NCBI RefSeq assembly: GCF_000014785.1
Contig: NC_008340.1
Coordinates: 390,001-422,000 of the forward strand
DNA length: 32,000 nt
Source of the DNA: Alkalilimnicola ehrlichii MLHE-1
GTDB taxonomy: Bacteria; Pseudomonadota; Gammaproteobacteria; Nitrococcales; Halorhodospiraceae
Direction of reading: 5' to 3'
Made by a program: the position numbers and the translations under genes. Below are positions 26,394-32,000 of this stretch, piece by piece. The notes under the pieces were generated by a model that did not search any database, was not told the origin of the DNA, and was given only the letters and a program-made list of their open reading frames with translations. Each line of letters opens with the position of its first letter. Position 1 is the first letter of the stretch.

Positions 26394-27188
26394 TCAGACC
26401 GCCACCGGCGCCTTGATCGGCGGGTGGTGCTGATAACCCTCCAGGGCGATGTCCTCGTAACGGAAGGCGAACAGGTCCCGGACCTCCGGGTTCAGGCGCA
26501 ATCGCGGCAGGGGCAGCGGCTCGCGCTGCAGCTGCCGGTCCGCCTGTTCCAGGTGGTTGGTGTAGAGGTGGCAGTCGCCGCCGGTCCAGATGAACTCCCC
26601 CGGTTTCAGGTCGCAGACCTGGGCCACCATATGGGTCAGCAGGGCGTAGCTGGCGATGTTGAAGGGCAGCCCCAGGAAGATGTCCGCGCTGCGCTGGTAG
26701 AGCTGACAGGAGAGCCGGCCCTCGGCGACATAGAACTGGAACAGGGTATGGCAGGGGGGCAGCGCCATATTGGGCAGTTCACCCACATTCCAGGCCGAGA
26801 CCAGGTGGCGCCGGGAGTCCGGGTGCTCGCGCAGGTCCCGCAGCACCTGGGCCAGCTGATCCACCCGCCGGCCATCGGGGGTGGGCCAGGAGCGCCACTG
26901 CACCCCGTAGATCGGCCCCAGGTCGCCGTTCTCATCCGCCCACTCGTCCCAGATGCTGACGCCATTGGCCTTGAGGTAGGCGATGTTGCTATCGCCGCTG
27001 AGAAACCAGAGCAGCTCGTGGATGATCGAGCGCAGGTGCAACTTCTTGGTGGTGACCACCGGGAAGCCGCGGCTGAGATCGAAGCGCATCTGATGGCCAA
27101 ACACCGACAGGGTGCCGGTACCGGTGCGATCGCTCTTGGGGGTGCCGTGGTGGCGCACGTGCGCCATGAGGTCCAGGTAGGCTTGCAT
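26394..27188 (-). CDS. thyA: thymidylate synthase (ThyA type)
   Basis: 264-aa [12 protein letters not shown]...[14 protein letters not shown]. Contains [12 protein letters not shown] and [24 protein letters not shown] lies 5 nt upstream of the ATG. Confidence 0.96.
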   Translation of the reverse strand: MQAYLDLMAHVRHHGTPKSDRTGTGTLSVFGHQMRFDLSRGFPVVTTKKLHLRSIIHELLWFLSGDSNIAYLKANGVSIWDEWADENGDLGPIYGVQWRSWPTPDGRRVDQLAQVLRDLREHPDSRRHLVSAWNVGELPNMALPPCHTLFQFYVAEGRLSCQLYQRSADIFLGLPFNIASYALLTHMVAQVCDLKPGEFIWTGGDCHLYTNHLEQADRQLQREPLPLPRLRLNPEVRDLFAFRYEDIALEGYQHHPPIKAPVAV

Positions 27189-27266
27189 AAGCTCCGTGAG
27201 GTCCGGGGTTCAGAGAGTGCCCGCCGCCGCACCAGTGGGGGCGGCGGCAGCGGGTGCCCACCGGGA

Positions 27267-28118
27267 TTATGCCTTGGGATCCGACTCGGTGTCTTCGTCC
27301 GTGGCCTGGATGGAGCGGTCGGAGGGCAGTTCCAGGAAGCTTTCGTCGATATCGTCCACCGGCAGCGGCACCCGCTGCTGCTGCCAGATGCTCTCGTCCT
27401 GGGCGCGGCGTAGCCGCGGCATCTGCTCGCTGAAGCCGCCGGGGTCGGAAGGCCGGCGATACTCCTCCTGCGCCCCGGTGGGGCGAAGGTAGGCCTGATA
27501 GACGCTCTGGATGCCCCGGGCCGAAAGCTCCTGGTATTGTCCGCGGCCCGCCCGGCTGGTGCCGATGGAGCCGGCCGGTTGTGGGGCGCCGCGCAGGGGC
27601 TCGCGCCGCTGGTGTCGCCCCGCCGCGTGGATGCGGCTGAGGGTGGCCTCGAGCTGGCGCCGCAGGGTGCGCTCCCGGCTCAGCGCCTTGCGCAGGCGCT
27701 CGTTCTCCGTGCGGATCCGGTGCAGCTCCTGCTCCGTGTTGGCCCAGGCGGCGCGGCTGGCCTCGTGCACCCGCTCGGGGTCGACGCCGGCCCGGCCCTG
27801 CAGGGCCTCCTCCTGATCCAGCAGCTTCTGGGTGAGTTCCTCATGCTGCTCCCGCAGCTGGGTGAGTTCCGCCTTGGTGCGTTTCAGCTCGCCACGCAGA
27901 TGGGCCAGGCTCTCCTCGGCGCGCCGGCGCTTGGCCACCTCGCTGGCCTGTGAGCGCAGGTGGCGGTTCTCGATACGCTGGCGGCTGGCCTCGAGCTCGG
28001 CCCGGTAATAGGCGGCGTCCTCCGCCAGCCGGGCGCGCGCCTCCTGCAGCTCGCGCCGGAGCCGGTTTATCTCCTGCTGATGCGTGGGGTTCGGGTCGCC
28101 CGATTTCGCGCTCTGCAT
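27267..28118 (-). CDS. hypothetical coiled-coil protein, no family recognised
   Basis: Track ORF 27267..28151. I prefer the ATG at 28118 (MQSAKSGD...), which has GAGG 5 nt upstream, over the GTG at 28151, which sits in a hairpin loop. Strong third-position GC bias supports real coding. About 190 residues of heptad-like Arg/Glu/Leu/Gln-rich sequence, then a Pro/Gly/Gln-rich and acidic C-terminus (VDDIDESFLELPSD...DEDTESDPKA). Confidence 0.7.
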   Translation of the reverse strand: MQSAKSGDPNPTHQQEINRLRRELQEARARLAEDAAYYRAELEASRQRIENRHLRSQASEVAKRRRAEESLAHLRGELKRTKAELTQLREQHEELTQKLLDQEEALQGRAGVDPERVHEASRAAWANTEQELHRIRTENERLRKALSRERTLRRQLEATLSRIHAAGRHQRREPLRGAPQPAGSIGTSRAGRGQYQELSARGIQSVYQAYLRPTGAQEEYRRPSDPGGFSEQMPRLRRAQDESIWQQQRVPLPVDDIDESFLELPSDRSIQATDEDTESDPKA

Positions 28119-28390
28119 ATCAGCCTCAGCCTGAAGGGGGCGGCGGACCACACCGGGGGGTCGCCGCCCGGAGCCACAGGCACCCGGCGGCGCAGTCGGC
28201 CCATCTCTAGTCCTTTTATACTATCGTGCCTGGCTGCGCCACTCCAGCGGCAGGCCGGAAAGGGCGGGGAGGCGATGCATCGATCCACCGCATCGGTTAT
28301 CATGGCGGGTCTATCCTGGGCGAGGCCGGAGCCCGTCCGTCCCAAGCCTACCCGACAACCACGTCAGTCTCGTGCAGTGCAGGAGCCTCA

Positions 28391-29650
28391 ATGTTCTCCC
28401 GTGATATGACCATCGCCAGCTTTGACCCGGAACTCTCCGAGGCCATGGAGGCCGAGCGCCGTCGGCAGGAGGATCACATCGAGCTGATCGCCTCCGAGAA
28501 CTACGCCAGCCCCCGGGTGCTCGAGGCCCAGGGCAGCGTACTCACCAACAAGTATGCCGAGGGCTACCCGGGCAAGCGCTATTACGGGGGCTGCGAGCAT
28601 GTGGACGAGGCCGAGCGCCTGGCCATCGAGCGGGCCAAGCAGCTCTTTGGCGCCGACTACGCCAATGTGCAGCCGCACTCCGGCTCCCAGGCCAACGCGG
28701 CCGTCTATCTGGCGCTGCTCCAGCCCGGCGACACCATCCTGGGCATGAGCCTGGACCACGGCGGGCACCTGACCCACGGCGCCAAGGTGAACTTCTCCGG
28801 GCGGCTGTTCAACGCCGTGCAGTACGGCGTCTGCCCCGACACCGGCGAGCTGGACTACGCCCAGCTCGAGCGCCTGGCCAAGGAGCACCAGCCGAAGATG
28901 ATTATCGGCGGCTTCTCCGCCTACTCCCGGGTGGTGGACTGGCAGCGCCTGCGCGACATCGCCGATTCGGTGGGCGCCTACCTGCTGGTGGATATGGCCC
29001 ACGTGGCGGGCCTGGTCGCCGCCGGTGTCTACCCGAGCCCGGTGCAGATCGCCGATGTCACCACCACCACCACCCACAAGACCCTGCGCGGCCCGCGCGG
29101 TGGCCTGATCCTGGCCCGGGCCAACGCCGAGGTGGAGAAAAAGCTCAACTCGCTGGTCTTCCCCGGCACCCAGGGCGGGCCGCTGATGCACGCCATCGCC
29201 GGCAAGGCCGTGGCCTTCAAAGAGGCCCTGGAGCCGGAGTTCAAGGCCTATCAGCAGCAGGTGGTCGCAAACGCCCGGGCGATGGCCCAGGGGCTGATCG
29301 AGCGCGGCTACAAGGTGGTCTCGGGCGGCACCGACAATCACCTGTTCCTGATCGACCTGGTGGACAAGGGGCTGACCGGCAAGGCCGCCGACGCCGCCCT
29401 GGGCAAGGCGCACATCACGGTCAACAAGAACACCGTGCCCAACGATCCGCAGTCGCCCTTTGTCACCTCCGGCCTGCGCATTGGCACCCCGGCGATCACC
29501 ACCCGCGGCTTCAAGGAAGAGGAGTGCCGCGAGCTGGCTGGTTGGATGGCCGACGTGCTGGATGACATCGAGAACGAGGACGTGATTGCGCGGGTGCGCG
29601 AGCAGGTCACCCAGGTCTGCCGCCGCCTGCCGGTCTACCAACAGGGCTGA
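28391..29650 (+). CDS. glyA: serine hydroxymethyltransferase
   Basis: Track ORF trimmed to the ATG at 28391 ([15 protein letters not shown]), with AGGAG upstream. Blocks [24 protein letters not shown] and the PLP-lysine block [14 protein letters not shown]. Confidence 0.97.
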   Translation: MFSRDMTIASFDPELSEAMEAERRRQEDHIELIASENYASPRVLEAQGSVLTNKYAEGYPGKRYYGGCEHVDEAERLAIERAKQLFGADYANVQPHSGSQANAAVYLALLQPGDTILGMSLDHGGHLTHGAKVNFSGRLFNAVQYGVCPDTGELDYAQLERLAKEHQPKMIIGGFSAYSRVVDWQRLRDIADSVGAYLLVDMAHVAGLVAAGVYPSPVQIADVTTTTTHKTLRGPRGGLILARANAEVEKKLNSLVFPGTQGGPLMHAIAGKAVAFKEALEPEFKAYQQQVVANARAMAQGLIERGYKVVSGGTDNHLFLIDLVDKGLTGKAADAALGKAHITVNKNTVPNDPQSPFVTSGLRIGTPAITTRGFKEEECRELAGWMADVLDDIENEDVIARVREQVTQVCRRLPVYQQG

Positions 29651-29662
29651 GGCCTTTACGTG

Positions 29663-30115
29663 ATGCGTTGCCCTTACTGCCAGTTCGAGGACACCCGGGT
29701 GATCGACTCCCGCCTGGCCAGTGAGGGCGAGCAGGTGCGCCGCCGCCGCGAGTGCAACCGCTGCGGCGAGCGCTTCACCACCTACGAGACCGCCGAGCTG
29801 GCGCTGCCGCGCATCGTCAAGCGGGATGGCACCCGCGAGCCCTGGGACGAGGGCAAGCTGCGCCAGGGCATGCTGCGGGCGCTGGAAAAGCGGCCGGTGG
29901 CCACCGAGGCGGTGGAGGCGGCGCTGTTCCGCATCCGTCAGCGCCTGCGCGCCACCGGCGAGCGCGAGGTGTCGGCCTCGCAGCTCGGCGAGTGGGTCAT
30001 GGAGGAGCTGCGCGAGCTCGACCAGGTGGCCTACGTGCGTTTCGCCTCCGTCTACCGCAGCTTCGAGGACGTGTCCGCCTTCCGGGAGGTCATCGAAGGG
30101 CTGGAGAAGCGGTAG
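29663..30115 (+). CDS. nrdR: transcriptional repressor NrdR (zinc ribbon + ATP-cone)
   Basis: [17 protein letters not shown]....[18 protein letters not shown] followed by an ATP-cone. The track starts at the GTG one codon upstream (29660); the ATG at 29663 gives the canonical MRCP N-terminus. Confidence 0.93.
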   Translation: MRCPYCQFEDTRVIDSRLASEGEQVRRRRECNRCGERFTTYETAELALPRIVKRDGTREPWDEGKLRQGMLRALEKRPVATEAVEAALFRIRQRLRATGEREVSASQLGEWVMEELRELDQVAYVRFASVYRSFEDVSAFREVIEGLEKR

Positions 30116-30125
30116 CGCGCCCGCC

Positions 30126-31235
30126 ATGTCCGGTTTCTCCCCCGCCGACAACCTCTTCATGGGCCGGGCCCTGCGCCTGGCCCGCCGCCCGCAGCAGCCG
30201 CCCCATCCCAACCCCGCCGTCGGCTGCGTGCTGGTGCGCGACGGGCTTATCGTCGGCGAGGGCTGGCATGAGCGGGCGGGCGAGCCCCACGCGGAGGCCA
30301 TGGCCCTGCACCGGGCCGGCGAGCAGGCCAGCGGCGCCACCGCCTACGTCACCCTGGAGCCGTGCAGCCACCACGGCCGCACCCCGCCCTGCAGCGAGGC
30401 CCTGCTGGCGGCCGGCGTGGTCCGGGTGGTGGCGGCCATGACCGACCCCAACCCGCAGGTGGCCGGCCGCGGGCTGCGCCGCTTGCGCGCCGCCGGGCTG
30501 GAGGTGGCCACCGGCTTGATGGCCGAGCAGGCGGCGGCGCTGAACCCCGGCTTCACCCAGCGGATGCGCACCGGGCGGCCCTGGCTGCGGCTGAAATCGG
30601 CGGCCAGTCTCGACGGGCGGACCGCCATGGCCTCCGGCGAGAGCCGCTGGATCACCTCGCCCCAGGCCCGGGCCGACGTCCACCGCTGGCGGGCGCGCAG
30701 CGACGCCATGCTCACCGGCATCGGCACCGTGCTGGCGGACGACCCGCGCCTGGATGTCCGCGATGCCGGCATCGAGGCGCCGCGCCAGCCGCGCCGCTGC
30801 GTGCTCGACCGCGACCTGCGGACCCCCGCGGACGCGGTCCTGCTCCGCGGCGAGGGCGCGACCCTGTTCCACGGCCCGGACGTGGCCGCCGGACAGATCC
30901 GGCGGCTGACCGACGCCGGCGCCCACTGCGTGGCGCTGCCGCTGGCGGACGGGCGCCTGGACCTGGGCGCGGCCCTGGACTGGCTGGGCGGTCAGGGGTG
31001 CAATGAGGTGCTGGTGGAGGCCGGGCCGACCCTGGGCGGGGCCTTGAGCCGCGCCGGTCTGGTGGATGAATGGCTGCTCTACCTGGCGCCCCACCTGATG
31101 GGCGACGCGGCGCGGCCGCTGCTGCACTGGCCGGGGCTGGAGACGATGAGCCAGCGCCAGCCCCTCCGGGTGCAGGACTGCCGCTTGGTGGGGCCGGATC
31201 TGCGGTTGACGCTGCGGCTGGGGAGCGGGACCTGA
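30126..31235 (+). CDS. ribD: bifunctional diaminohydroxyphosphoribosylaminopyrimidine deaminase / 5-amino-6-(5-phosphoribosylamino)uracil reductase
   Basis: Track ORF 29721..31235 trimmed to the in-frame ATG at 30126 (MSGFSPADNLFMGRALRLA). Deaminase zinc motifs HAEAMAL and EPCSHHGRTPPC. Reductase part has KSAASLDGR and EAGPTLGGA. Confidence 0.92.
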   Translation: MSGFSPADNLFMGRALRLARRPQQPPHPNPAVGCVLVRDGLIVGEGWHERAGEPHAEAMALHRAGEQASGATAYVTLEPCSHHGRTPPCSEALLAAGVVRVVAAMTDPNPQVAGRGLRRLRAAGLEVATGLMAEQAAALNPGFTQRMRTGRPWLRLKSAASLDGRTAMASGESRWITSPQARADVHRWRARSDAMLTGIGTVLADDPRLDVRDAGIEAPRQPRRCVLDRDLRTPADAVLLRGEGATLFHGPDVAAGQIRRLTDAGAHCVALPLADGRLDLGAALDWLGGQGCNEVLVEAGPTLGGALSRAGLVDEWLLYLAPHLMGDAARPLLHWPGLETMSQRQPLRVQDCRLVGPDLRLTLRLGSGT

Positions 31236-31266
31236 TAGACTCGCGGGTTGTTGTGGGAGGGGTGTC

Positions 31267-31932
31267 GTGTTCACCGGGATCGTACAAGCAGTGGGCCGTA
31301 TCCAGCGCCGGGACCCCCGGGGCGAGGACATGCGGTTGTGGATCGCCGCCGGCGATTTGGACCTGACCGGCGTGCGGCTGGGCGACAGCATCGCCGTCAA
31401 CGGCGTCTGTCTCACCGCCGTGGAGCTGACGGCCGATGCCTTCGCCGCCGATGTCTCGGTGGAGACCCTGCGGCTCACCAGCCTGGGTGACCTGGGCGAG
31501 GGCGATGCGCTCAACCTGGAGCTGGCCCTCACCCTGCAGACCCCGCTGGGCGGCCATCTGGTCAGCGGCCACGTGGACGGCCTGGGCGAGGTGGTCTCGC
31601 GCCGCCCCGCCGGGCGCAGCGAGGTCTGGCGCTTCCGCGCCCCCGAGGGGCTGGCCCGCTACATCGCCGCCAAGGGCTCGATCACCGTGGACGGTGTAAG
31701 CCTCACGGTGAACGGGGTGGACGGCGCCGAGTTTGAGGTCAACCTGGTGCCCCACACCCTGGAGGTCACCCGTCTGGGGCAATTGCGCCCGGGCAGCCGG
31801 GTGAACCTCGAGGTGGATATCATCGCCCGCTACCTGGAGCGCCTGCTGACGGCCGGCGGCACGGGTGGTCAGGGCGTGACCCGAGAATTCCTGGAGGCGC
31901 ACGGCTTTGGCCGGGTGCCGGGGAGCAAGTGA
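31267..31932 (+). CDS. ribE: riboflavin synthase alpha chain
   Basis: 221-aa ORF with a GTG start. MFTGIVQAVG, SIAVNGVCLTA and SITVDGVSLTV are the two lumazine-binding repeats. Confidence 0.93.
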   Translation: MFTGIVQAVGRIQRRDPRGEDMRLWIAAGDLDLTGVRLGDSIAVNGVCLTAVELTADAFAADVSVETLRLTSLGDLGEGDALNLELALTLQTPLGGHLVSGHVDGLGEVVSRRPAGRSEVWRFRAPEGLARYIAAKGSITVDGVSLTVNGVDGAEFEVNLVPHTLEVTRLGQLRPGSRVNLEVDIIARYLERLLTAGGTGGQGVTREFLEAHGFGRVPGSK

Positions 31933-32000
31933 ATGGCGTTCAACAGCATCGACGAGATCATCGAGGACCTGCGCGAAGGGCGCATGGCGGTCATCCTGGA
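31933..32000 (+). CDS. ribB: 3,4-dihydroxy-2-butanone-4-phosphate synthase (probably bifunctional RibBA), first 22 codons only
   Basis: The ATG at 31933 immediately follows the ribE stop. My translation MAFNSIDEIIEDLREGRMAVIL matches the usual DHBP synthase N-terminus. Truncated by the right window edge. Confidence 0.7.
   Translation, partial: MAFNSIDEIIEDLREGRMAVIL

Noticed and set aside
28215-28330. Possible ZTP (pfl) riboswitch upstream of glyA
   Set aside because: Some strings resemble the motif: CGTGCCTGGCTG against CGUGACUGGCG, GGCGGGGAGGCGAT against CCGGGGAGCGAC, and CCTGGGCG downstream. However, the P2 hairpin is weak. The 3' element reads CTATCCTGGGC and not a sequence complementary to the J1/2 GGCUG, so the defining pseudoknot cannot form. 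This needs cmscan to settle; by eye I do not accept it.
30116-31266. FMN (RFN) riboswitch associated with the rib genes
   Set aside because: The nrdR-ribD, ribD-ribE and ribE-ribBA gaps are 10, 31 and 0 nt. That is far too short for an RFN element, and none of its conserved stems is visible.
28388-31902. Minus-strand ORFs of 650 aa (28388..30340), 480 aa (30090..31532) and 396 aa (30712..31902) opposite glyA, nrdR, ribD and ribE
   Set aside because: These are antisense shadows of four strongly recognisable plus-strand genes, with Arg/Gly/Pro/Ala-rich composition.

Overview
This is a GC-rich chromosomal core segment of gammaproteobacterial type. All calls rest on reading the ORF-track translations and the raw sequence; nothing was searched or computed with tools. 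I support 32 protein-coding genes and saw no rRNA, tRNA, CRISPR array, transposase, integrase or phage gene. Left to right: a translationally coupled minus-strand array (pyrB', pyrR, ruvX, yqgE/algH, tonB-family, Gx transporter, NusG-domain-II protein, apbE, gshB). It is divergent from a Pil-Chp type IV pilus chemosensory cluster (pilG, pilH, pilI, pilJ, chpA/pilL, chpC). Then follow rsmE-bioA, argE-argA, an SH3/coiled-coil membrane protein, rlmI, rho-trxA, a HAD nucleotidase-like gene, nudE, thyA, an unknown coiled-coil protein, glyA, and nrdR-ribD-ribE-ribBA'. From memory, the order pyrB through bioA matches Pseudomonas aeruginosa PA0402-PA0420. Against that background three things stand out. 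(1) An unclassified structured palindromic repeat occurs three times, twice between argA and bioA and once between rlmI and rho. Each copy has a conserved 51-52 nt core with two CAGGGAYG motifs, perfect 27-34 bp arms that differ between copies but always stay complementary, and an adjacent G-run or C-run tract. This is the strongest candidate for something undescribed. (2) An apbE / NusG-II / Gx-transporter module sits between gshB and an orphan tonB, coupled to both by overlapping start and stop codons. (3) The Pil-Chp cluster lacks the methyltransferase and methylesterase genes and has a ChpA with only three canonical Hpt domains. The many long antisense ORFs in the track are GC-bias artefacts.
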